Positions 1 through 9,004 of a stretch of DNA of 64,000 nucleotides are shown here, piece after piece. This DNA comes from a bacterium UBP11_UBA4055 (GTDB lineage Bacteria; UBA4055): assembly GCA_002382735.1 (NCBI GenBank), contig DFZN01000039.1, forward strand, positions 24,548 to 88,547, read 5' to 3'. The translations under genes and the position numbers were made by a program. Every line of letters begins with the position of its first letter. The first letter of the stretch is position 1. The notes under the pieces were generated by a model. The model was not told the origin of the DNA and made no database searches. It saw nothing but the letters and a program-made list of their open reading frames with translations.

Positions 1-186
1 CTCCTCCTTGCGCAGCAGACACCATGCTTCGATCAGTTTTCTTTGTTTGTCTGGCAGGTTTCCATCAGTCATCTTGCCGTCAGATATCCTGAAAATTCCT
101 TTGGTATCAGAGTAATAAGCATGAAAATGAGGCGGATTATGCTCCGATTTACCGCAATACATTCTGATTATAATTCCGTAAAACAT
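1..186 (-). CDS. DUF4160 family small protein; the start (ATG 186-184) is in the window and the 3' end is cut by the window edge
   Basis: Reverse-strand translation gives MFYGIIIRMYCGKSEHNPPHFHAYYSDTKGIFRISDGKMTDGNLPDKQRKLIEAWCLLRKEE. This carries the DUF4160 signature (FYGI.I.MY...HNPPHFHA.Y, and LP...L...W...H.EE). No stop codon occurs before position 1, and the gene is absent from the ORF track. Confidence 0.6.
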   Translation of the reverse strand, partial: MFYGIIIRMYCGKSEHNPPHFHAYYSDTKGIFRISDGKMTDGNLPDKQRKLIEAWCLLRKEE

Positions 187-312
187 TGATATTGTCGGCA
201 CTTTGCCTCCTTATTACTTACTCGTAATATACTTCATTTCTTGATAAAAATAAACCTTTTTATTTAAGCGCTGAGTTCTTAAATTTAGAACAATACTAGG
301 ATAAGGCTGTCT

Positions 313-3300
313 ATGAAATTCAATGAAACGATAGATATTTACAGAAAAACCTCTTTTACGGAGCATCATAAGGGCGGAAAATTTGAAAAGCTGATTCAGG
401 CTTACCTTAAGACCGACCCGAAGTACGCGACGAAGCTGAAAGAAGTCTGGCTGTGGCACGATTTCCCCGGAAGAAAGGATTTCGGCGGAAAAGATACCGG
501 AATTGATCTTGTCGCATTGACGATCGAAGGTGATTACTGGGCGATACAGTGCAAATGCTACGCCGATGACGCTGTCATTGATAAGCCTGCCGTTGATTCA
601 TTCCTTGCGACATCAAGCCGGACATTTCTTGATGAAGAATTTAAAACGACAGGTTTTGCTCACAGGCTGTGGATCTCAACGACGAACCACTGGGGTCCAA
701 ACGCCGAAGAAACCATAAAAAATCAGCATCCGCCCGTAACGAGACTTAATAAATATGATCTCGAATCAGCTGCCGTCAACTGGGAGATGCTCGATAAAGG
801 TTTGACCGGAGATACGGCAAGAACAAAGAAAAAGAAATTAAGGCCGCATCAGATCACTGCATTAGAACAGACCCACGAACATTTTAAGACTTATGATCGC
901 GGCAAGCTGATCATGGCCTGCGGGACGGGAAAAACTTATACATCGCTTAAAATTGCCGAGCATGAAACGAACGGGAAAGGCCTGATACTTTTTCTTGTAC
1001 CCTCGATTGCGCTTCTTGGCCAGACTTTGAGTGAATGGGCGGCGGAAGTGGAAGAACCTCTCGATGCTGTCTGTATCTGTTCCGATGAAAGGATCTCATC
1101 AAAGAAGATGCTCAACGAAGACACTCAGCAGTTCAGCGTGGTTGACCTTGCCCTGCCTGCCTCGACCGACATTAAGAATATCAAAAGGCAGTTCGCTCAT
1201 ATCAAGATGCTGAAAAAAACGGGGATGACCGTAGTATTTTCAACTTATCAGTCTATTGATGTAATTTCAAATGCTCAAAAGCAGCTTATGAACACTTATA
1301 AGGGCGATGAGGACAATTATATTTTCGATCTTATAATCTGCGATGAGGCTCACAGGACTACGGGCGTAACATTATCAGGCAGTGATGAATCAGCTTTCGT
1401 AAAAGTTCACGACAATGAATTTATCCAGGCAAAGAAAAGACTCTACATGACCGCAACACCGAGGCTTTACAGCGATGATTCAAAAGCTAAGGCAAAAGAA
1501 AAAGATGCGATCCTCTGCTCGATGGATGATGAGGCTATTTACGGTGAAGAAATTTACCGCATAGGCTTTGGCGAAGCGGTTGAAAGAGACCTTCTGTCCG
1601 ACTATAAAGTGATGATCCTTACCATGAAAGAGGATGATGTACCCGCTTCAATTCAGAAAATGATAGCCGATCAAGATTCCGAAGTTGACATGGATGACGC
1701 CACAAAGCTGATAGGCTGTATCAACGCACTTTCAAAGCAGGTTATAGGAGATGACGGCACGATAAAATCCAGCGATCCGGGCCTCATGAAAACCGCGGTT
1801 GCTTTCTGCCAGAACATTAAAGTATCAAAAAAGATCACCGCCATATTCAACGATGTGTCTAAAGCCTATCTTGAATCAGTTTCGTTCGAGAAAAGAGAAA
1901 AGCTGGTCTCGATGTCTTCACAGCATATTGACGGTACAATGTCCGCGCCTGAAAGAGACGAAAAGCTCGGCTGGCTCAAATCAGGCACTTATGAGCAGAA
2001 TCAGTGCAAAGTCCTCACAAATGTCCGCTGTTTAAGCGAAGGAGTGGATGTCCCTTCCCTCGATGCGGTAATGTTCCTCTCTCCCCGAAACTCGCAGGTG
2101 GAAGTGGTTCAGTCTGTAGGCAGGGTAATGAGAAAAGCTCCGAACAAAAAATACGGCTATATAATAATTCCGGTGGTAATTCCTTCCGATATAGACCCGA
2201 AAGAGGCACTTGACGATAATCAGAGATATAAAGTCGTCTGGACAGTCCTAAACGCTCTCAGGGCGCATGATGACAGATTTAACGCGATCGTGAATAAGAT
2301 TGACCTGAACAAGAAAAGGACAGATAAGATAACTGTCGTAGGCATTGGAAAAGGTGAATCGGGAAGAGTCGGAGAAGATACAACTCCGGATTACGGCGGA
2401 ATGGATCAAAAACTTGCACTACAGTTCGAACAGCTTCAGGGAATTGTTTATGCGAAGATGGTGCAGAAGGTAGGTGACAGAGTTTACTGGGAGAAATGGG
2501 CTAAAGATGTGGCCGATATAGCAGAAAGGCAGGTCGAAAGGATCAACAGGCTCATAAAGAACGAAGGCGATCACAAAAAAGCCTTTTCCGAATTCATGAA
2601 CGGTTTAAAGAAAAACATCAATCCCTCGATATCAGAAAGAGAAGCAGTAGAGATGCTTTCACAGCACATAATAACCAAGCCCGTATTCGAGGCACTATTT
2701 GAAGGCTATTCATTCGTTCAGAACAACGCGATATCAATATCCATGCAGAAAATGCTCGATCTGATAGAAGCTCAATCCGTAGAAAAAGACCTTGTCACAA
2801 TGGAGAAATTCTATACAGCCGTCAAGAACAAAGCCAAAGATATTGACAACGCGGAAGGCAAACAGCGCATAATAATCGAATTGTACGATAAATTCTTCAA
2901 AACCGCATTCCCCAAGCTCGTCGAAAAACTCGGGATCGTTTACACACCCGTCGAAGTAGTTGATTTCATAATCCATTCAGTTGACCATGTCCTCAAACAG
3001 GAATTTCAGCGAAACCTTTCCGATGAGAACATACACATACTCGATCCCTTCACCGGCACAGGCACATTCATAACAAGACTGCTCCAAAGCGGGCTCATAG
3101 ACAAAAAGAACCTCAGGCGCAAATACGAAAAAGAGATCCACGCGAACGAGATCGTACTCCTCGCATACTACATAGCCGCAGTCAACATCGAGAACGCCTA
3201 CCACGACATCACAGGCGACAAAGATTACAGATCGTTTGACGGAATATGCCTAACCGACACTTTCCAACTCGGCGAAACCGAAGAAGGCGAAAAACTCTTC

Positions 3301-5160
3301 TCAGAAATGTTCCCGCAGAACTCCGCAAGAGTAGCAGCGCAGAAAAAAGCACCGTTGAGAGTAATAATCGGAAATCCGCCTTATTCCGTAGGTCAGAAAT
3401 CAGCCAACGACAACGCGCAGAATCAGAAGTATCCTAAATTAGATGAACGGATTTCAAAAACATATGTGTCGCAATCTATAACAACCATGAATAAAGCAAA
3501 CTATGATGCTTATATCAAAGCCTTCCGTTGGTCTTCCGATAGATTAGACAAATCCGGCGGTATTATATGTTTTGTATCAAATATAGGATGGTTAGATGGC
3601 AACACTGCTGCAGGTTTTAGAAAATGCCTTGAAATTGAATTTTCTAAAATATATATTTTTAATTTAAGAGGAAACGCAAACAGCCAAGGGATATTAAGAA
3701 AAAAAGAAGCAGGCAATGTTTTTGGCGCAGGATCGAAAACACCTGTCGCAATTACACTTCTTGTGAAGAGACCTGATCTTATAGTAAACAAAGCTGATAT
3801 TTTATATTATGATATTGGCGACTATTTAAATCGTGAAGAGAAACTCGATGCAGTAAAATACAACAAATTTGTGGGTAGTGATAGGATAACTTGGAAAAAA
3901 CTTGTACCTAATGAATACGGTGACTGGCTAAATCAAAGAAATGAAACATATTATGAGTATACATGTCTGTCTGATAAGTCAGGTCAAGAAAAAACATTTT
4001 TCAATCTTAATAGCAATGGTGTAATTACAGGTCGTGACAATTGGGTATATAATTCATCTGAAATTTGTTTAGCCTCAAATATGTCACGAATGATCAGCTT
4101 TTATAATTTACAAAGATCAGATTACGAAACCGCATTAAGGACAATGCCCAATCTAAAGGCAAAAGATTTTATTTCGAATGACGAAAAAAAAATAAAGTGG
4201 GTAGAAAATTTGATTAAAGCCTTTGAAAAAGATCAAGAACAAACTTTCTTGCCATCAGAGATAATTGATGCTAATTATAGACCTTTTTTTAAACAGAAAT
4301 ACTATTACAGTAAAGCTTTAAATTGGAGTCGATATTTACAACCAAAATTGATTCCTAACATCAAATGTGATAATCGCTTAATATGTGTATCTGGTATAGG
4401 ATCTAATAAAGGTTTTTCTGCCCTGTTGACAGAACTCGTTCCGAATTATCACTTTTTAGATACCATGCAAACATTCCCTCTTTACTACTACGAAGAACGC
4501 AAAAAATCCGATGTTTCACTTTTCGACAGCGGAAATGAAAGCGAATTTGTGCGCAGGGACGGAATTTCCGATTTCATCCTCGATCAGGCTAAAAAAATAT
4601 ATGGTCCGAAAGTGACCAAAGAAGATATTTTCTATTATGTTTACGGATTCCTGCACAGCCCCGAATATAGGATCAAATTCGCCAACGACCTCAAAAAAAT
4701 GCTTCCGCGCCTTCCGCTCGTTGATGAGCCGCGCGACTTCTGGAAATTCAGCAAAGCCGGCCGTGATCTCGCGGAACTTCATATAAATTATGAATCCGTG
4801 CCTCCTTACGATGCCGTAAAAGTCACCGGCGCAGAAAGCGGATTCTACAAAGTCGAGAAAATGCGCTTCCCAAGCAAAGAAGATAAAAGCAGGATCATCT
4901 ATAACAGCAAGATCACGATCGAAAACATCCCCGACAAAGCCTACGAATATATCGTCAACGGTAAAAGCGCGATCGAGTGGATCATGGAAAGATATCAGAT
5001 CACCACGCACAAAGAAAGCGGGATCAAAAATGATCCCAACGACTGGGCTGATGAAGTCGGCAATCCGAGATACATTCTTGATTTACTGTTGAGCATAATC
5101 AATGTAAGTGTGAAGACTGTTGATATTGTCAATGGGCTGCCGAGAGTTAAGTGGGAGTAG
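313..5160 (+). CDS. Type ISP-like single-polypeptide restriction-modification enzyme (LlaGI/LlaBIII-like). Domain order is N-terminal Mrr/PD-(D/E)xK nuclease, SF2 helicase-like ATPase, gamma-class N6-adenine DNA methyltransferase, then a C-terminal target-recognition region.
   Basis: Continuous 1615-aa ORF. The N-terminal ~150 aa resemble the Mrr catalytic fold (…GIDLVALTIEGDYWAIQCKCY…). Walker A is MACGTGKTYTS (~nt 907-945). The DEAH box is ICDEAHRTTG (~nt 1339-1356). Helicase motif VI is QSVGRVMR. Methyltransferase motif I is LDPFTGTGTF (~nt 3043-3069) and motif IV is IIGNPPYSVGQ (~nt 3370-3387). Roughly 500 aa follow the methyltransferase and are the presumed target-recognition region. Known Type ISP enzymes are ~1570 aa. 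Confidence 0.75.
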   Translation: MKFNETIDIYRKTSFTEHHKGGKFEKLIQAYLKTDPKYATKLKEVWLWHDFPGRKDFGGKDTGIDLVALTIEGDYWAIQCKCYADDAVIDKPAVDSFLATSSRTFLDEEFKTTGFAHRLWISTTNHWGPNAEETIKNQHPPVTRLNKYDLESAAVNWEMLDKGLTGDTARTKKKKLRPHQITALEQTHEHFKTYDRGKLIMACGTGKTYTSLKIAEHETNGKGLILFLVPSIALLGQTLSEWAAEVEEPLDAVCICSDERISSKKMLNEDTQQFSVVDLALPASTDIKNIKRQFAHIKMLKKTGMTVVFSTYQSIDVISNAQKQLMNTYKGDEDNYIFDLIICDEAHRTTGVTLSGSDESAFVKVHDNEFIQAKKRLYMTATPRLYSDDSKAKAKEKDAILCSMDDEAIYGEEIYRIGFGEAVERDLLSDYKVMILTMKEDDVPASIQKMIADQDSEVDMDDATKLIGCINALSKQVIGDDGTIKSSDPGLMKTAVAFCQNIKVSKKITAIFNDVSKAYLESVSFEKREKLVSMSSQHIDGTMSAPERDEKLGWLKSGTYEQNQCKVLTNVRCLSEGVDVPSLDAVMFLSPRNSQVEVVQSVGRVMRKAPNKKYGYIIIPVVIPSDIDPKEALDDNQRYKVVWTVLNALRAHDDRFNAIVNKIDLNKKRTDKITVVGIGKGESGRVGEDTTPDYGGMDQKLALQFEQLQGIVYAKMVQKVGDRVYWEKWAKDVADIAERQVERINRLIKNEGDHKKAFSEFMNGLKKNINPSISEREAVEMLSQHIITKPVFEALFEGYSFVQNNAISISMQKMLDLIEAQSVEKDLVTMEKFYTAVKNKAKDIDNAEGKQRIIIELYDKFFKTAFPKLVEKLGIVYTPVEVVDFIIHSVDHVLKQEFQRNLSDENIHILDPFTGTGTFITRLLQSGLIDKKNLRRKYEKEIHANEIVLLAYYIAAVNIENAYHDITGDKDYRSFDGICLTDTFQLGETEEGEKLFSEMFPQNSARVAAQKKAPLRVIIGNPPYSVGQKSANDNAQNQKYPKLDERISKTYVSQSITTMNKANYDAYIKAFRWSSDRLDKSGGIICFVSNIGWLDGNTAAGFRKCLEIEFSKIYIFNLRGNANSQGILRKKEAGNVFGAGSKTPVAITLLVKRPDLIVNKADILYYDIGDYLNREEKLDAVKYNKFVGSDRITWKKLVPNEYGDWLNQRNETYYEYTCLSDKSGQEKTFFNLNSNGVITGRDNWVYNSSEICLASNMSRMISFYNLQRSDYETALRTMPNLKAKDFISNDEKKIKWVENLIKAFEKDQEQTFLPSEIIDANYRPFFKQKYYYSKALNWSRYLQPKLIPNIKCDNRLICVSGIGSNKGFSALLTELVPNYHFLDTMQTFPLYYYEERKKSDVSLFDSGNESEFVRRDGISDFILDQAKKIYGPKVTKEDIFYYVYGFLHSPEYRIKFANDLKKMLPRLPLVDEPRDFWKFSKAGRDLAELHINYESVPPYDAVKVTGAESGFYKVEKMRFPSKEDKSRIIYNSKITIENIPDKAYEYIVNGKSAIEWIMERYQITTHKESGIKNDPNDWADEVGNPRYILDLLLSIINVSVKTVDIVNGLPRVKWE
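5001..5078. repeat. Copy 1 of a ~78-bp direct repeat, lying inside the 3' end of the RM gene
   Basis: The string caccacgcacaaagaaagcgggatcaaaaatgatcccaacgactggGctgatgaagtcggcaatccgagatacat recurs at 5990-6068 with one mismatch (G to A). Confidence 0.85.
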
Positions 5161-5258
5161 GGGCATTATCTCTTCTCAATTGAACTTGTATAGGAATTTA
5201 TTCTTTCATTCTCGGGTATTTATGTGTATATTTAATCAATAAACAAAGGATAGAGATT

Positions 5259-5498
5259 ATGAAAGCTATAGAAATCAGCTCGAAAACAGATAGAAACGGT
5301 CATTTGAAAATTGATTATCCGTTAGAGTTGTCGGAAAGTAGAGTTCGTGTAATAATTCTCTTGGAAGAAAAAGACAGAGATTTTGATGATGAGAAAATAT
5401 GGATGAAAGCTGTCTCGAACAATCCGGATTTTGATTTTTTAAAAGATAAAGAAGAAGACATTTATTCGGTTGAAGACGGAGAACCTTTTAATGGTTAA
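5259..5498 (+). CDS. Toxin-antitoxin antitoxin of the AbrB/MazE/SpoVT family (swapped-hairpin fold)
   Basis: 79 aa. The N-terminal segment SSKTDRNGHLKIDYPLELSESRVRVIILLEE fits the AbrB/MazE looped-hinge pattern. The C-terminus is acidic. The stop codon overlaps the start of the downstream MazF-like gene (ATGGTTAA). Confidence 0.55.
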   Translation: MKAIEISSKTDRNGHLKIDYPLELSESRVRVIILLEEKDRDFDDEKIWMKAVSNNPDFDFLKDKEEDIYSVEDGEPFNG

Positions 5499-5838
5499 GA
5501 ATTCTATTATTTTGGTCCCGTTTCCTTTTGATGATTTCTCTGATTCAAAAGTCCGCCCGGCTGTATGTCTTACAAATCAGATCGGTAAGTACGAAAGCGT
5601 TATTATAGCATTTATCTCAAGCAAAATACCAAAAGAACCATTGGAAAGCGATTTATTGATCAAAATGGATTCTGAAAACTGGGAAGGAACCGGTTTGTCC
5701 GTAGATTCGGTTATCAGATTACACAAAATTGTATCCGTACCCGCTTCAATCATTAAAAGAAAACTCGGGTCCGTAAATCAAGCTCTGCAAAATGAAATTA
5801 AAGCTAAGATTCTGAAACTTTTCGAATATGAAGAATAA
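5491..5838 (+). CDS. PemK/MazF-family endoribonuclease toxin
   Basis: The segment IILVPFPFDDFSDSKVRPAVCLT matches the MazF/PemK N-terminal signature (V.VPFPFSD.S..K.RPA.V.S). Size is ~115 aa. The likely start is ATG 5491, which overlaps the antitoxin stop; the track ORF starts at 5470. Confidence 0.65.
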   Translation: MVKNSIILVPFPFDDFSDSKVRPAVCLTNQIGKYESVIIAFISSKIPKEPLESDLLIKMDSENWEGTGLSVDSVIRLHKIVSVPASIIKRKLGSVNQALQNEIKAKILKLFEYEE

Positions 5839-5989
5839 GGAAGAAAAGAAATTTGATGCAATCAAAATGATGCGGGATATTCGAGCTAAAATCGCGAAGA
5901 AACTGCAGATATGTCCTTTGATGAGTTGAAAATCTTTATCCGGAATAAATTAAAAAGAGCGGATTTAAACTTATCGGGCAATGATTTAC

Positions 5990-6068
5990 CCACACACCAC
6001 GCACAAAGAAAGCGGGATCAAAAATGATCCCAACGACTGGACTGATGAAGTCGGCAATCCGAGATACA
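5990..6068. repeat. Copy 2 of the ~78-bp direct repeat. It is a relic duplicate of the RM gene 3' end, downstream of the toxin-antitoxin pair and abutting the polA stop.
   Basis: Near-identical to 5001-5078. In the RM reading frame it would encode ...HKESGIKNDPNDWTDEVGNPRYMDYSEII..., an alternative C-terminal tail. Confidence 0.85.
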
Positions 6069-6113
6069 TGGACTACTCCGAAATAATTGGACAAATTGCA
6101 AGATTTTTTTTCT

Positions 6114-8816
6114 TTAATGCGCGTCAAGCCAATTGTCGCCGATCCCGACATTGACATCCAGCGGGACTGAGAGCTCGACTATATTCTCCATTTCATGCCT
6201 GATGAAATCAGCGAACTTTAGAGCGGCATCCTCTCTGACCTCGAATACAAGCTCGTCATGTATCTGAAGCAGCATGCGGGCATCGTAGCCGTTCAGCTTT
6301 GAGTTTATTTTGATCATCGCCATTTTGATTATGTCCGCCGATGTGCCCTGAATAGGCGCGTTCACGGCCGCTCTTACCGCCGCGCTTTTTATATTCTTGT
6401 TAGACGACCTTATTTCAGGTATCTCGCGCCGGCGTCCGAACAGGGTCTTAACATACCCGTACTGCTCAATAAAAAGCGTGGTGTCGTCAATGTATTCCTT
6501 GATCTTTTTAAACTGGCTGAAATAGAGGTCTATGAAATCGGACGCCTCCTGATAACTGATGCCCATGTCTTCGCTCAGCCCGAACTTCGATTTCCCGTAA
6601 AGCACCGCAAAATTCGCGGTCTTGGCTCTGGATCGCATTTCTCTCGTGACCTCTTCGACCGGCACGCCGAACAGCTTTGAAGCCGTAGCGGAATGAATAT
6701 CCAGCCCCTTTGCAAAAGCTTCGGTCAGATTTTCATCCCTGCAGAAATGCGCGAGTATCCTCAGTTCGATCTGGGAATAGTCCGCCGAGACGAGCCTGTA
6801 GCCTTTCTCGGGAACAAAAGCTGTCCTGATCTTTTCACCGAGCTCGTTCTTGATCGGAATGCTCTGGAGGTTCGGGTTCGCCGATGAAAGCCTGCCTGTA
6901 GTCGCCATGTACTGCAAAAAAGATGTGTGTATCCTTCCAGTAGGCTCGTAAATATATTTGATCAGACCGGACGCATAAGTGTTGTTCAGCTTTGAAAGTT
7001 CCCTGTATTTAAGAAGAAGTTCCGCTATCGGAGCTCCGTCGTAGGCAAGCTTTTTGAGCACTGCGTGATCGGTCGAGTAAGCTCCGCTCGTTCCCTTTCT
7101 TCCGCCCTTTAAGCCCAGCTTGTCGAAAAGAACCTCGCTAAGCTGCTTGGGAGAATCCAGATTGAATTCCTCTCCCGCCATCAGCCGGATATTCTTTTTA
7201 AGCTCCTCCGCGCCCGAGGCCATCTCTTCGGATATCTTTTCAAGCACCTGCCTGTCGATCCTTACGCCGTTCCTCTCCGTCTCGAACAGCACTTTTGAAA
7301 GCGGGATCTCCATTTCATCATATATTTTCTCGACATCGTCATTGACCGAAAGATCCTCTTTGAGCTTAAAATAACTCCTGAACATCACTTCAGCTTTCTC
7401 GCAGCGGTAAATTCCCTTTTCTTGAGCTCCTTCTTTTTCGTCAAGCATATAATGGTTAAGATAATTTCTGGCGATCTGGCTTGTTTCATGATTGGTCGTG
7501 CCTGTTCTGACAATGAAGTCAGCTATAAGAATGTCGAATATTTTACATTTCACCTCTATTCCGTAATTCTTCAGAGCATGCATAGTTCTCTTTATGTCGT
7601 GCCCGATGAAAGTAAGGCCGCCGTCCTCAAAAACGACCCTGAAACTTTCCAGAAATTTTCCGACAGCATCCGGACTTTCTTCTTCGAAAAGGCTCAGCTG
7701 CACATCTTTGGCAAAAAATTCGTCGCTGACATAGAAAGCCTCATGCTCTTTTGCGCATAAAGCGACGCCTGTAATTTTGAGTTCGTACAGAAATTCGCCT
7801 TCGATATCAAAGTGAGCCGCGAACCTGCCTGATTTTTTTATTCTTTTGATCAGATCCTCTTCCGACTTTTTATCGCCGACAGGAATAAAGCTGAAACTTT
7901 CGGGATCGAACTTGTCACCTTTCGTCCTTTCAGCCGCAACGCCCTGCTTCTTCTCAAGGTATTCGAGCAGCCTTTTCATGTTCAGTTTGTAAAAATAGTC
8001 GGCCAGCTTTTCGAAATCGTAGCTCTTTATGCGCAGTTTTTCCTCATCGAGCACTACCTCGAGATCTGTCTTAAGCGCTACGAGCTCTGACGAGATCTTC
8101 ACGATGTCTCTGCTGTTCTTAAGCGATTCGCGAACCGCGTTCCCTCCGACATTTTCGATATTCTCGTATATCTTTTCGATCGTTCCGTACTCCTGAAGCA
8201 GCTTTACGGCCGTCTTCTTCCCCACTTTCGGAACTCCCGGAATGTTATCGGACGAGTCGCCGGTCAGGGTGAGAAAATCTTTTATCTGCTCAGGATAGAG
8301 CTCGAATTTGTTCTTAACGCCTTCTCTGTCGTATATCGTCTGATCCTTCGGATCGTATATCAGAACATCTTCATTTACAAGCTGAGCGAGATCTTTATCC
8401 GAAGAATAAATAAACACTTTGAATCCGAGCTCAGGCGCTTTTTTGCTTATGGCACCTATCAGATCATCAGCCTCAAATCTCTCCATCGCTATAGTTTCTA
8501 TGCCTGTTGCGGCTATCATCTCCATGAGAAGCGGAAGCTGATTCCTAAGCTCGTCAGGCATTTTTTCACGCGTTGCCTTATATTCCGGATACATATTGTG
8601 TCTGAAAGTTGGCGCGGCAGTATCGAGCACGACTGCCATATATTCGGGAGCTTCGTTTTCGATGAGGCTGAAAAATGACGAGAAGAAGCCGTAAAGCGCC
8701 GAGACATTGAATCCCTCTTTGGTAATGAGAGGCTTAGCCCCGAAAGCGTAAAAAGCCCTGTAAATAAGTCCGTAACCGTCTATCAGATATAATTTTTTCT
8801 CTTTTGTACCGTTCAA
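6114..8816 (-). CDS. polA: DNA polymerase I (5'-3' exonuclease, 3'-5' exonuclease and polymerase domains)
   Basis: 900 aa. The N-terminus has the 5' nuclease motifs (LIDGYGLIYRAFYAF). The C-terminal family A polymerase motifs are RRREIPEIRSSN...RAAVNAPIQGTSADIIK and LLQIHDELVFEV. The gene uses a TTG start with the Shine-Dalgarno sequence aagaggga. Confidence 0.95.
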   Translation of the reverse strand: MNGTKEKKLYLIDGYGLIYRAFYAFGAKPLITKEGFNVSALYGFFSSFFSLIENEAPEYMAVVLDTAAPTFRHNMYPEYKATREKMPDELRNQLPLLMEMIAATGIETIAMERFEADDLIGAISKKAPELGFKVFIYSSDKDLAQLVNEDVLIYDPKDQTIYDREGVKNKFELYPEQIKDFLTLTGDSSDNIPGVPKVGKKTAVKLLQEYGTIEKIYENIENVGGNAVRESLKNSRDIVKISSELVALKTDLEVVLDEEKLRIKSYDFEKLADYFYKLNMKRLLEYLEKKQGVAAERTKGDKFDPESFSFIPVGDKKSEEDLIKRIKKSGRFAAHFDIEGEFLYELKITGVALCAKEHEAFYVSDEFFAKDVQLSLFEEESPDAVGKFLESFRVVFEDGGLTFIGHDIKRTMHALKNYGIEVKCKIFDILIADFIVRTGTTNHETSQIARNYLNHYMLDEKEGAQEKGIYRCEKAEVMFRSYFKLKEDLSVNDDVEKIYDEMEIPLSKVLFETERNGVRIDRQVLEKISEEMASGAEELKKNIRLMAGEEFNLDSPKQLSEVLFDKLGLKGGRKGTSGAYSTDHAVLKKLAYDGAPIAELLLKYRELSKLNNTYASGLIKYIYEPTGRIHTSFLQYMATTGRLSSANPNLQSIPIKNELGEKIRTAFVPEKGYRLVSADYSQIELRILAHFCRDENLTEAFAKGLDIHSATASKLFGVPVEEVTREMRSRAKTANFAVLYGKSKFGLSEDMGISYQEASDFIDLYFSQFKKIKEYIDDTTLFIEQYGYVKTLFGRRREIPEIRSSNKNIKSAAVRAAVNAPIQGTSADIIKMAMIKINSKLNGYDARMLLQIHDELVFEVREDAALKFADFIRHEMENIVELSVPLDVNVGIGDNWLDAH

Positions 8817-9004
8817 AATCAGTTCCCTCTTTTAATAATCCAAAAAATAAGATTTATCGACCTCAATTGCAAACAAATTCATACCTTAATTTCTGCATTT
8901 CGTCATAACAAAACGCGATCTTTAGCATTATTATCTTTATTGATCATGAGAAATGGGTTATATTGGCACTGTTAAAAAATATAATTAAATCAGTAGGAGA
9001 TCAA

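Noticed and set aside
214-459. 81-aa minus-strand ORF overlapping the RM gene start
   Set aside because: It is antisense to the 5' end and promoter region of the 1615-aa RM ORF. It has no motifs and is most likely spurious.
4516-5010. 164-aa ORF antisense within the RM gene target-recognition region
   Set aside because: It is fully embedded antisense in a strongly supported long ORF and has no conserved motifs.
5839-5990. Short open frames encoding …KKFDAIKMMRDIRAKIAKKLQ / DMSFDELKIFIRNKLK… between the MazF-like gene and repeat copy 2
   Set aside because: They are split across two frames with no start or Shine-Dalgarno context and match no family I recognise. They are possibly a relic of a small gene, but there is too little evidence to call a feature.
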